Shown here in pieces: positions 1-9,294 of a stretch of DNA of 64,000 nt. The stretch comes from Promethearchaeota archaeon (GTDB taxonomy: Archaea; Asgardarchaeota; Lokiarchaeia; Sigyniarchaeales; SOKP01). The notes below the pieces were generated by a model that saw nothing but the letters and a program-made list of their open reading frames with translations, was not told where the DNA came from and ran no database searches. The DNA lies in the NCBI GenBank assembly GCA_011364975.1, contig RDOE01000001.1, positions 48,707 through 112,706 of the forward strand. The letters are read 5' to 3'. Numbering within the stretch: the stretch's first letter is position 1; every line of letters begins with the position of its first letter. The position numbers and the translations under genes were made by a program.

Positions 1-656
1 GAAACTCTACTTGCTTTTGGACCAAACCTTTTCAGAATGTTTATTATTTTTCCAACTTGCCCGATATTTTTACCTGACATAATTAATGCTAAATTCCCTT
101 CTTTAAACTTCAATACCTTCAATATTTCTTGTTCTGGGATTGAAATCTTTAAAACATCCATTCTGTTATATACGTCTTCTTTTGGGTTCTTAGGATCTTT
201 TACTCTTATAAGAATATTCCTTCCGTCGTGAAGATTTAACTGAAGATGGCCTCCTTTAATCGTGCTTTTTTGGTTAATTCGGCATAACTTAAAATTACTT
301 TCTGATTGTGTTATTTCATATAAGATTAAACCATGATGGGAATCAGGTAATATTCTAAAATGTTTATTGGATCCTTCAATACTTAATACATCCATCAGAC
401 CTACAGGATAACCTTTATCTTTTACAACCTTACCATCAATTTTAAAATTACCTAATCCAATCAATTTTTTTGCTTCCCTATGGTTATCAACGATTTGTAG
501 AAGATCTCGAACGATATGTAATAGGGGTAAACTAAATCGTGAAGGATGTGGGCCAGGGGATGGTTTTACAAAGAATTTACCATGTTTTCTCTTAATCTGT
601 AAAAATTTTGGGGTATTTAACCTTTTTAATGTCTTTTTTTCTCCATGACGTGTCAT
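1..656 (-). CDS. rps4e: 30S ribosomal protein eS4 (S4e), 3'-truncated by the window edge
   Basis: Not in the ORF track. Manual translation from ATG at 656 gives MTRHGEKKTLKRLNTPKFLQIKRKHGKFFVKPSPGPHP; it lies directly after uL24 as in archaeal spc clusters. Confidence 0.96.
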   Translation of the reverse strand, partial: MTRHGEKKTLKRLNTPKFLQIKRKHGKFFVKPSPGPHPSRFSLPLLHIVRDLLQIVDNHREAKKLIGLGNFKIDGKVVKDKGYPVGLMDVLSIEGSNKHFRILPDSHHGLILYEITQSESNFKLCRINQKSTIKGGHLQLNLHDGRNILIRVKDPKNPKEDVYNRMDVLKISIPEQEILKVLKFKEGNLALIMSGKNIGQVGKIINILKRFGPKASRV

Positions 657-662
657 TTAATA

Positions 663-1091
663 TTACTCCTCCGATTTTTTTCCTTTTTTTGGTGATATTA
701 GTCCTTCTTCCTTGAAACCGTAAAGAGCTTTTCTATCAATAATTTTTGCTCTCCAAGGATCTAACTTTTTCTCTTTTTCTAATTTTGTAATAACTATTTT
801 TGATATATGAACAGTAGGATGAAATTGAGTTCCATCAGCTTTATCAAAAGTTACCTCCTTGATTTGTACTCTTAAATCATTCGTAACTTCAATAACTTCT
901 CCCTCAAAATCCTTAAATTCTCCTTTTACTACTCTAACTTGATCCCCTACTCTAATAGGTAATGATTTAATACCATATTCCTCTCTTACAAAATCGGCTA
1001 CTCTAGTGGATAATAAATTTGATCTATTGTGATTTTTAAAATTAAATAATGCCTTTCTTTGCTTCCGAGGTTGTTTTGATTGTATTTTCAT
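663..1091 (-). CDS. rpl24: 50S ribosomal protein uL24
   Basis: SKQPRKQRK N-terminus, KOW motif LPIRVGDQVRVVKGEFK, operon position. Confidence 0.97.
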   Translation of the reverse strand: MKIQSKQPRKQRKALFNFKNHNRSNLLSTRVADFVREEYGIKSLPIRVGDQVRVVKGEFKDFEGEVIEVTNDLRVQIKEVTFDKADGTQFHPTVHISKIVITKLEKEKKLDPWRAKIIDRKALYGFKEEGLISPKKGKKSEE

Positions 1092-1112
1092 TCCATAACA
1101 CTTCCATTTCCA

Positions 1113-1538
1113 TTAAATTATTAATGATGAGATCGATGCTAATCGGGGAAATAATTCTGCGGCTTCCCTCGCAATAGGACCTCTAATTTCGGTCCCTTTG
1201 GGATCTCCTTCTTTTGTTATTAATACACCCGCATTATCTTCAAAACATAATCGAGTTCCATCTAATCTTCTATATACCATTTTCTGTCGAACTATAACCG
1301 CTTTCATAATTGTTCCACGTAAATCTGGACGTCCTTTTTTAATGGTCACAGAACAAACAGATCCTACAGTTGCTTGAGGTAATCTTCTAAGACGTGTTTT
1401 TGCATGATCAACATTTATTATTTGAGCGATTTTTGCGCCAGAATTATCTGTGATAAACATTTGAGTACCATTTTGTAATCCATAGCTTGTTCTTGCTCTC
1501 ACTTGCTTCTTTTTTCCTGTTTTTCTTCGCGTTCCCAT
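1113..1538 (-). CDS. rpl14: 50S ribosomal protein uL14
   Basis: DNSGAK, AVIVRQK, FEDNAGV, PKGTEIRGPIAREAAE motifs. Confidence 0.98.
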   Translation of the reverse strand: MGTRRKTGKKKQVRARTSYGLQNGTQMFITDNSGAKIAQIINVDHAKTRLRRLPQATVGSVCSVTIKKGRPDLRGTIMKAVIVRQKMVYRRLDGTRLCFEDNAGVLITKEGDPKGTEIRGPIAREAAELFPRLASISSLII

Positions 1539-1889
1539 TTATTCAGCACCACTCTCAATTTTATCCAATAATATGAATGCCTTTGTTTTAGAGATTTTTC
1601 TGCTTTCACCTATGCGTACTAAATCTCCTATATTAATTTCGTTTCTTAGGCATGATGGTAAATGACATGGTAGACGTGAATTACGTCTTTCATATCTTTG
1701 ATATTTTCTAACAAATTGAACGTAATCTTGCCTTATTATGACAGTGTTTCGAGACTTTTTACTAACTACTACTCCCTTAGTTATTTTTCCCCTTATTCTG
1801 GTACTGCCATGAAAAGGACAATATTTATCATCACATTCTCTTACTCGAGGGGGATTCACTCCCGGGATTCCTATATTTCTAACACTCAT
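1539..1889 (-). CDS. rps17: 30S ribosomal protein uS17
   Basis: RNIGIPGV..CDDKYCPFHG, KYQRYERR, RKISKTKAF. Start moved to ATG 1889, which overlaps the rnp1 stop (TAATG). Confidence 0.97.
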   Translation of the reverse strand: MSVRNIGIPGVNPPRVRECDDKYCPFHGSTRIRGKITKGVVVSKKSRNTVIIRQDYVQFVRKYQRYERRNSRLPCHLPSCLRNEINIGDLVRIGESRKISKTKAFILLDKIESGAE

Positions 1890-2182
1890 TATTTTTTTAA
1901 CCACTTCTTCTTTTTTAAACTTCTCAATCTATTTTCAGGAATACCAATAATATTAATTCCATCAACCTCCAACATTCCTTCCTTAAGAACAAAGCGAAAA
2001 ATATAATCTTTTTTAATATATTTTTTCATTTCATGATTTTTTATAGTTATTAGCAAATTTTGAGTGTCATCGATTATGCTTCCGATATCTAAAAATCCTT
2101 CATTGGTCTTTTTGAACTTAGCTTTTGCATAAACTTTAAATCCAATTAAATCATGATATATTAAGTATTTGGGACTAATCAT
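1889..2182 (-). CDS. rnp1: Ribonuclease P protein component 1 (Rpp29/POP4)
   Basis: HDLIG..G.IIDDTQN..PENRL; canonical position between uL29 and uS17. Confidence 0.92.
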   Translation of the reverse strand: MISPKYLIYHDLIGFKVYAKAKFKKTNEGFLDIGSIIDDTQNLLITIKNHEMKKYIKKDYIFRFVLKEGMLEVDGINIIGIPENRLRSLKKKKWLKK

Positions 2183-2193
2183 TTTTGTTCACT

Positions 2194-2394
2194 TCACTTC
2201 TTTTCATTTTTTACAGTAAGAATTCGAGCAATCTGCTTTCTTATCATTTTAGCTTTAGCAGGATTATCTGCAATTCCCCCTCCAGTCTGTTGACTGAAAA
2301 GCATCATTAATTCTTCTCTTAATGAGAGTAAAGTTCTTTCTCTCTCTCTCTCATCCATTTCTCTAACTTTTTGAGCTGTAATTAAATCTGTCAT
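2194..2394 (-). CDS. rpl29: 50S ribosomal protein uL29
   Basis: NPAKAKMIRKQIARILTV. ATG at 2394 is preceded by an AGGTG SD-like motif. Confidence 0.95.
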   Translation of the reverse strand: MTDLITAQKVREMDERERERTLLSLREELMMLFSQQTGGGIADNPAKAKMIRKQIARILTVKNEKK

Positions 2395-2421
2395 TATTTG
2401 CACCTTTAATTAAATTATAAA

Positions 2422-3213
2422 TTACTCTCCTTCTTGTTCTTCTTCATCGGGTTCTAATGAGATTTCAGATACATCCTCTTCTTCAACATCTTCAAATAAT
2501 TCTCTCTCTTCGTCAGTAGGTTCTCGCTCATCCTCAGCAATCTCATATTCACGTTCTATTCTTGTCTTTCCCTTTTTAGCTATTATCTGAGCTTGGGCTT
2601 TAGCTAATGCTTCCTCATCGATTTTCACGGTATCACCCATTTTCGTATCGGCTCGCATAATTTTTACAATTATTCCTAATACTCCACTTTTTTGAATACA
2701 TTGGGCAACACCTTTATCAACACCTACTTGTGCAGGCTGACCTGATTTAGACATCGTACCTGCTCGAAAGATACTAGTACGTGCTCGCTGAGAAGTTACT
2801 TTTCCTGAGACAACTACTTCACACCCTCTTGCTCCCGCATCCATTACCTTTCTTAAAATATAATAACCTGCTCTACGATAATGTCTTCCTCTATCAAGAG
2901 AATAAGCTAATCTCTCGGCCATAATTTGAGCATCTAAATCGGGATTAGGAACTTCCTCAACCTCTATCTGTGGCATTTCAAGACCGAATTTTTCTTGTAA
3001 TACATCAGTAATTTCTTGAATTCGCTTTCCGCCCTTACCAATGACGAGTCCCGGACGGCTTGTCTTAAGCGTTATTCTCACACCTAAGGGGGTTTTTTGG
3101 AGTTCTACTCCAGCAAATCCTGCTCTTACTAATTCTGAACGTAAATATTCATTAATTTGCATCATCTTGATACCTTGTTCAATGAAATGTTTGGCTAGTG
3201 GCAATTGTTTCAA
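2422..3213 (-). CDS. rps3: 30S ribosomal protein uS3 with acidic C-terminal tail
   Basis: KH motif RPGLVIGKGGKRI, GARGCEVVVSGK; TTG start. Confidence 0.97.
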   Translation of the reverse strand: MKQLPLAKHFIEQGIKMMQINEYLRSELVRAGFAGVELQKTPLGVRITLKTSRPGLVIGKGGKRIQEITDVLQEKFGLEMPQIEVEEVPNPDLDAQIMAERLAYSLDRGRHYRRAGYYILRKVMDAGARGCEVVVSGKVTSQRARTSIFRAGTMSKSGQPAQVGVDKGVAQCIQKSGVLGIIVKIMRADTKMGDTVKIDEEALAKAQAQIIAKKGKTRIEREYEIAEDEREPTDEERELFEDVEEEDVSEISLEPDEEEQEGE

Positions 3214-3256
3214 CCTGAGTTTTTTTTATATTTATTTTATATTTTTTATATTTCAA

Positions 3257-3736
3257 TTAACTTGGAAATTCATAAATGACAATTTCAACATGACTTAAAT
3301 GCCTAAATTTAGCGGTGGATCTACCATGTGCGCGAGGGATATAACGTTTTATAATTCTTCCTTTATGAGCAGCAGCGTGGATAATTCGGCATTGTTCGAT
3401 ATCTAAACCTTTATATTCTGCATTAGATTCTGCAGAAGTTAAAATTTCATATACTCTGGCTGCCGCTTTTTGGGGATATCTTCCCGCATACCATTTAAAT
3501 GGCTTAAGATCTTTTTTGTGTGCTTGTTTTTTCTTATATCTACGAAATGGAACTGATTGTTTTAATTGAATAACCTTTTCTAAGAATGTCTTTGCTTGCT
3601 CAACTTTCATACCTTTTATTACTGCACAGATTTCTCTCGCATGTTTAGGCTTTATCCTAAGATCTCTACCTGATGCTTTTGCCAATCTATCAGCATCATA
3701 CTTTTGTTCTGCAAAAGAGTAACCCCAATTAGGCAT
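3257..3736 (-). CDS. rpl22: 50S ribosomal protein uL22
   Basis: VPFRRY, GRYPQKAA, PRAHGRS, HVEIV. Confidence 0.98.
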   Translation of the reverse strand: MPNWGYSFAEQKYDADRLAKASGRDLRIKPKHAREICAVIKGMKVEQAKTFLEKVIQLKQSVPFRRYKKKQAHKKDLKPFKWYAGRYPQKAAARVYEILTSAESNAEYKGLDIEQCRIIHAAAHKGRIIKRYIPRAHGRSTAKFRHLSHVEIVIYEFPS

Positions 3737-3850
3737 CTTTTATCACTTATATTTGAAATTTTTGTTAATTTTTATTGATTGTTGTAATTTTTTATTAATT
3801 GATTTTTAATCCGAATTTTTTTAATTCAATACTGGGTAGAGTAGATGACT

Positions 3851-4384
3851 TTACTTTAATGGCACATATTTACTGGATCTAGTAGCACCAATTCCGGGGG
3901 ATCCATGCTGTACTCGTTTGCGTGTCAAAGAGAATTCTCCTAAATAATGGCCAATCATTTCAGGTTTGATTTCAACAGTTTCATAGCTCCTTCCACTATA
4001 AACTCCTATTTTTAGACCCACCATTTCTGGAAAGATTAACATATCTCTTACGTGAGTGCGTGTTAGTATATCTTTTCCTCTCTTTTTTGCCCGGTAAGCT
4101 CGTCTCAATCTTTCTAATAATTTCTTTTGCCGGGGAGGTAACCCTCTTTTTAAAGATCTCCGTGCTCTTGCAGGAAGTAACTGTATAAATTCATCCATGC
4201 TCATCTTTTTAAGATCTTCAATCGTAAAACCTCTATAATGGAATTTAAGCCTATCTCGTTCAGCCTCTAAATCTAATTCATCTAGGTCTTCTTCTTCTTC
4301 AATTTCTTCTGATGATTCCTCTATTTCTTCTTCAAGTTCTTCTTCCTCATGATCCTCTTCTTCTAATTCCTCATCCGGAGTCAT
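3851..4384 (-). CDS. rps19: 30S ribosomal protein uS19 with acidic N-terminal extension
   Basis: [48 protein letters not shown]. Confidence 0.98.
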   Translation of the reverse strand: MTPDEELEEEDHEEEELEEEIEESSEEIEEEEDLDELDLEAERDRLKFHYRGFTIEDLKKMSMDEFIQLLPARARRSLKRGLPPRQKKLLERLRRAYRAKKRGKDILTRTHVRDMLIFPEMVGLKIGVYSGRSYETVEIKPEMIGHYLGEFSLTRKRVQHGSPGIGATRSSKYVPLK

Positions 4385-4616
4385 TTTTCCACCAAGTAAC
4401 TTGTTTTATTTATCTAATTTTAATATTTATTTGCGATTTTATTTTGACGTTGTAAGGAAATTAGTTATCTATTAAATTTTAATTTTATTAAAACAAGGGA
4501 AGTAAAAAGCATAAAATTTAAAAGGTTGTAATGTGAACTTCGAGGAAACCTAATAAATCACATATAATTTTTTTTTATCGAGAAATATAGCATCGATTTG
4601 ATCCTATAGAAGCACA

Positions 4617-5291
4617 TTAAATATAATTATTTGGATTATAGACCCTTTCAATATCCTTCTCATCGAATTTACCACTCCATTCTTCATGAATCTTGACAAA
4701 AGCCTCAGGATCCTTATTTGGGTTTATAACACAATGATACATGTTTATTCCATTAACGAATTTATATACATTCTCAACATAATACCATACATTATTTCCA
4801 TTAATTATTATAGGTTTTCCTGCAAGTATTTCCCATTTTTCAGATCTCTGAGAATGAATTTGAATAGAAATCCCCATTTCAGGTTTGATAAATATTAAAT
4901 TATGATCAGGATATGTGAATTTTATACTATACCATTTAGATAATGTATCTATATACCCATTAGGAACATTATATTTTTGAGCAAACAATTCTGGGTCAAA
5001 ATTTTCCTGTTTTGAATGTTCATATTTATAGGGATTATATATGACTTCATGAGTTGAAATATCATCATTATATTGTACTTTAACCACCGTATTCTTCTTG
5101 TTTATAATCATATAGAATTTATGAGGGTCTATAGATAAATGTGTGAGGTTTAAATTTTTTGTTATGAATTTGGTATGATTAATAATAAAGAGGTTATCTA
5201 AGTCCTCAGAATCAAAAGATATTTTGAGTAATTTAGATCCATTTTTCCTAAGTTCAGACCCCCTCTCTGATCCTATCACTTCCTCATACAT
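4617..5291 (-). CDS. Cupin-domain protein, phosphomannose-isomerase type II C-terminal-like
   Basis: ISIQIHSQRSEKWEILAG ... YHCVINP ... FDEKDIERV resembles the PMI/GMP cupin; start overlaps the ribokinase stop. Confidence 0.6.
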   Translation of the reverse strand: MYEEVIGSERGSELRKNGSKLLKISFDSEDLDNLFIINHTKFITKNLNLTHLSIDPHKFYMIINKKNTVVKVQYNDDISTHEVIYNPYKYEHSKQENFDPELFAQKYNVPNGYIDTLSKWYSIKFTYPDHNLIFIKPEMGISIQIHSQRSEKWEILAGKPIIINGNNVWYYVENVYKFVNGINMYHCVINPNKDPEAFVKIHEEWSGKFDEKDIERVYNPNNYI

Positions 5292-6274
5292 TAACGCTCA
5301 TCTCCTTTAAGGCTTTTATTATATTCGTTAAATCGCATTTCAATTTCATTTTTAAATGGCATAGATTCTTGAGCACCTGTTTTTGTTACTGCAATTGATG
5401 CTGCTGATATAGCATATTTTACAGAATTGATAATATTCTCCCCTTGAGAAAGTTTGCTGGCTAAAACTCCATTGAAGCAATCACCGGCGCCTACCGTATC
5501 AAGAGCTTTAACTTTAAATGCAGGTAATTTCATAAAAAAATTTTCTTCAATTTGATAAATGACCGCTCCTTTTGGACCTAGAGTAGTAATTATATTTTTA
5601 ACACCCAATTCAGAAATATTTTTTGATGCCTGAAGTATTCTTTTTTTCGGATCATCGGATAATGGTTTTAGTTTAAGTAATGAATTTAGTCTGAATAACT
5701 CTCCTTCATTAGGAATTATTAAATCAAGTTTTTTCAAAATTTCTAAAGGAATAGGCTTTAAGGGAGCAGGATTAAGAATCTTAATAACTTTACCGGTATT
5801 CGCTATTTCGAAAATCTCTAAAATGGTCTCTATGGGAATTTCCATTTGAACTATTAGTACAGAAGCGTTTTTTATTATATTCTCCTTTTTTCGTACATCT
5901 TCTGGAGTTAAGTTAAAATTAGCCCCTGGAGCCACACTTATAATATTTTCTCCATGTTTATCGATAATAATAAAAGCTATTCCACTTGATTCGTGAGGAT
6001 CTCTAAAAATGTGTGAGGTATCAATTCCTTCCTTTATTAATTGTGAAATCATTTGCTCTCCGCAAATATCCGTTCCAATCTTTCCAATAAAAATAGTTTC
6101 TGATCCAGATCTCTTACATGCAACCGCTTGATTAGCCCCTTTCCCCCCTAGGTATTGCTTAAATTTACCACCTGTTATAGTTTCACCCGGTTGAGGTAAT
6201 CTATCTAAATATATATTGAAATCCATATTACTTGAACCAATTATTAGCACATAATTACTACTAACATCCATCAT
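5291..6274 (-). CDS. rbsK: Ribokinase (PfkB family)
   Basis: GSSNMD, GGKGANQAVA, NPAP, PNEGE, DTVGAGDCFNG. Confidence 0.93.
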   Translation of the reverse strand: MMDVSSNYVLIIGSSNMDFNIYLDRLPQPGETITGGKFKQYLGGKGANQAVACKRSGSETIFIGKIGTDICGEQMISQLIKEGIDTSHIFRDPHESSGIAFIIIDKHGENIISVAPGANFNLTPEDVRKKENIIKNASVLIVQMEIPIETILEIFEIANTGKVIKILNPAPLKPIPLEILKKLDLIIPNEGELFRLNSLLKLKPLSDDPKKRILQASKNISELGVKNIITTLGPKGAVIYQIEENFFMKLPAFKVKALDTVGAGDCFNGVLASKLSQGENIINSVKYAISAASIAVTKTGAQESMPFKNEIEMRFNEYNKSLKGDER

Positions 6275-6461
6275 TAATTCACCTAATTCTTCAAATTCAA
6301 GAGATAATTTTAATTATTATCATAGAACTAGATACTATCACAAATAAATCTAAATAATTCTTACCGAATGGTTTTAATTTAATATATGTTTAAAAATAAT
6401 ATTAAGCAAAATAAACTTGCTTCAAACTATACTTAAATAAAAAAGATTAGAATTCACAGAG

Positions 6462-6797
6462 GTGTTCAAAATCGCAAAAGATAAAATAATCGGAGCTCTA
6501 GTTATGATTCTTGGCTTCCTTATTGCGATTATCTATACCATGGGAAGTATTGTTGATTTATTCTTCCGCACATGGGGCGGAAATCCAAATTGGGCACTTG
6601 ATCTATTTGGACCAATTGGCAATCTTCTTGATTGGAGACTCTTTGTAGTCGTACCTTTATGGATTATCGTATTATTAATAGCTATCATAGGAATTTGGAT
6701 AGGATATAGCATGCTAACCACTCCAGCGCCAGTTCCCTTAGAAGAACTCGAAGAGGAACTCGCAGCGGAAGAGGAAGCTGCTGAATCTGAAGAATAA
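6462..6797 (+). CDS. Two-TM membrane protein, DPM2-like, with acidic tail
   Basis: Two hydrophobic helices. DKIIG..IYT and VVVP..IGIWIGYSML match the recalled DPM2 pattern; GTG start. Confidence 0.6.
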   Translation: MFKIAKDKIIGALVMILGFLIAIIYTMGSIVDLFFRTWGGNPNWALDLFGPIGNLLDWRLFVVVPLWIIVLLIAIIGIWIGYSMLTTPAPVPLEELEEELAAEEEAAESEE

Positions 6798-6881
6798 ATA
6801 ATTATCCTTTTTTTTCTTTATTTCTTAACAATTTTAACAATTATTTAAATACAAGACATAAAAAAATAATGAATGATTTAA

Positions 6882-7394
6882 CTATATTAAACATACTAGC
6901 CCAAATCTAAAGATATGATTTTTTGGTGGCCATTCGATATCTATTTGAATTTTTCGGACAGTTTCAGTGACATTTATCCCTACTGCTTCCATAGAATACT
7001 TTATATCATCTGGATATCTACAAGGAATCCCTTCGTCAATAGTACACTTTTTTCCTTCTTTTTGACAAATTCTGCAATGTCCATCCCATAAAATTTTAAT
7101 TTCATTATAATCATTTTTGTTTTCTTTTATAAATCGGGCTACCTCTTCTTCTATATCATCCCTCATAAACTCATATCGCTTAAAATATGCATTTTTATTT
7201 TTGATTAACTCTTTTTTTACATAAATTAGGAAAAATTTCTTAAATTGCAGTATTTGCTCTTCAAGATATGGCGCTTTAGGGGGACAAGCCCATGAATGAT
7301 TATAATTAGGGCATTTAAACTTCGGATTATTGCAATAAGTTTGTACTTCTGGATCAAAAACAATTGTATCCTTATTAATCTCTATCCATGGCAT
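6882..7394 (-). CDS. DUF2284-family predicted metal-binding protein
   Basis: CPNYNHSWACPP, GHCRIC..CT..PCRYP..SMEAVGINV. Confidence 0.85.
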   Translation of the reverse strand: MPWIEINKDTIVFDPEVQTYCNNPKFKCPNYNHSWACPPKAPYLEEQILQFKKFFLIYVKKELIKNKNAYFKRYEFMRDDIEEEVARFIKENKNDYNEIKILWDGHCRICQKEGKKCTIDEGIPCRYPDDIKYSMEAVGINVTETVRKIQIDIEWPPKNHIFRFGLVCLI

Positions 7395-7585
7395 AAAAAT
7401 GGCGTTTTAAAATAATCTCGTTATCATAAAAAAGGTTTCTTTAAAGAAAAGATTTTTTCTTATAAAAAGCATTGAATTCTTATGAGATTTAGCTTATTAA
7501 TGCCAATTATAGATTAGGATGTATTTTATAATGCTCATCTAAATTCAACTAAGAGTTTTTATAGTCAGATGAAAATAGATAGGTA

Positions 7586-8206
7586 ATGATCATTAATGAA
7601 GTAGAAGCAACCATTCATAGTAAGATTGTTTATGTAGGTCCTGCGATGTCAGGGAAAACTACTACCTTGAAAGTGCTTTCAGAATATTATAGGGATAAAG
7701 TTGTAAATGATTTTTTGAGTATTGAGAATACATCTGGTAGGACATTATATTTTGATTATCTACTTCTATTTTTTAAGAAGAAAAGATACTCTCTTAAAAC
7801 TCATGTTTATTCTACGACAGGACAAGATTTTTATGCTATTACAAGACCTGATACAATTAGAAACTTAGATGGTGTAGTATTTATTGCAGATTCTGTCGAA
7901 GAAGCATTATCTCGTAATATTTCTTCTTGGAAAGAACTGGAACATTATCTCGGTAATGATTATTTATTTCTTCCCAAAGTAGTAGTATTTAATAAGCAAG
8001 ATTTATCACCCAAATTTGATAAAAATATATTTTTAACCGCTATTAGAAGTTATAAATACACTAATTTTGAAACCACAGAATCAATTGCTACAGAAGGGGA
8101 GGGCGTTATTGAATCATTTAGGATAATATTGAGATTAATATTAGAAACTTCACCTTATTTAAATCCATCTTATCTCAAGCCTAAAAAAAAGCAAGTATTA
8201 ACTTAA
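7586..8206 (+). CDS. MglA-type small GTPase
   Basis: KIVYVGPAMSGKTT (G1), RTLYFD (switch I), TTGQ (G3), DGVVFIADS, NKQDL (G4), SIA (G5). Confidence 0.9.
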   Translation: MIINEVEATIHSKIVYVGPAMSGKTTTLKVLSEYYRDKVVNDFLSIENTSGRTLYFDYLLLFFKKKRYSLKTHVYSTTGQDFYAITRPDTIRNLDGVVFIADSVEEALSRNISSWKELEHYLGNDYLFLPKVVVFNKQDLSPKFDKNIFLTAIRSYKYTNFETTESIATEGEGVIESFRIILRLILETSPYLNPSYLKPKKKQVLT

Positions 8207-8222
8207 TTATTAATATTCAGTG

Positions 8223-9188
8223 TTAATGCATCCATAATTCTTCAAGATCATCTAAAGCTTGTTCTTTTGCCCATATGATTTCTAGACAAAAATAATCCTT
8301 TATTATTTCTGAAAGATAATAAAGATAATCCCGGTTTATCTTGAGGTTCAAGTTTTGGTAAAGAAATTTTATTAATCTTCTAGCAGTAACAGGTTTTGTA
8401 ATTCCAATATTTTTCAAATATTCGCATATTCTCTGAGCTAACAATATATCAATTTCTTGAAAGTTTAAGTTTTCAGGTTCAATATCAGAGATAATAATAT
8501 CGATTTTATGATAATTTTTTGGATTGAGATTATCATCTATCTGGCAAATAAATGAATGTTCACATATTTTGAATTTGGGGACAAATATGCTTATATAAGT
8601 TTTATCTATGTTTAGTTTGCTTAAAGGAATTCTTAGTTTATCTTTTTTCCTGCAATATGGACATTCCACTGTAATTGTTTTCCAATTTTCACTTTCAAAT
8701 CGAATGATTTCTGGATATAATAATTTGAAATAATTATTATAAATGTTCAGAAATTCTGCTTGATATCCAGGTGATACTAAACTTAGAGCCGTTTTTCGAA
8801 AATTTTTATCTTTAATATTGAGAAATTGAGGTAACCAACTAAGTTTTTTCAAATCATTAGCAAAATCTGAAAGAATGGATTGTTTTGATTTAAGGAATTT
8901 AAAAATATCAATATATTCATTTTTAAGATTATCCTCCTTAATAATATACGAGATAAGCATTTGTTCATAACCCCCTCGCGAAAAATTCGAGTTAATTAAG
9001 AAAGAATAATTAATTGTATGATATTTTTCATTTGCCAGAATAATACAATGTTCTCTTGTGTTGAAATCTAGTAATTTATCAAATTCAATTGGCTGGTGAT
9101 CATTTAAATTTTCGTTAGAATGAAAAATTGAGGGGCCAATTATCTGATCGAAATAAGATATAACTAAAAACCAAGAAATTTGCTTCAT
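8223..9188 (-). CDS. uDENN/longin-like domain protein with a Cys/His zinc-ribbon-like domain
   Basis: N-terminal SYFDQIIGP and SNFSRGG..LISYII motifs; later CPYC...ICEHSF. Confidence 0.6.
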   Translation of the reverse strand: MKQISWFLVISYFDQIIGPSIFHSNENLNDHQPIEFDKLLDFNTREHCIILANEKYHTINYSFLINSNFSRGGYEQMLISYIIKEDNLKNEYIDIFKFLKSKQSILSDFANDLKKLSWLPQFLNIKDKNFRKTALSLVSPGYQAEFLNIYNNYFKLLYPEIIRFESENWKTITVECPYCRKKDKLRIPLSKLNIDKTYISIFVPKFKICEHSFICQIDDNLNPKNYHKIDIIISDIEPENLNFQEIDILLAQRICEYLKNIGITKPVTARRLIKFLYQNLNLKINRDYLYYLSEIIKDYFCLEIIWAKEQALDDLEELWMH

Positions 9189-9294
9189 ACATATCAGTTA
9201 AGTTTTAGATAATATTTCTCTAAATTCTGCTATTTATAGTTCGCTTAAAATTGGAAGGGAGTCGGTTAAGCTATTAGAACAAATAGATAATACT

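Noticed and set aside
37-231. Short plus-strand ORF, and the many similar short antisense ORFs in the track (e.g. 1698-2006, 12628-13644, 32282-32782, 46855-47385, 60347-60913)
   Set aside because: They are shadows opposite well-supported genes and show no recognisable motifs.
2182-2194. No aIF1/SUI1 gene between uL29 and rnp1
   Set aside because: Its presence at this position varies among archaea, so the absence is uninformative.
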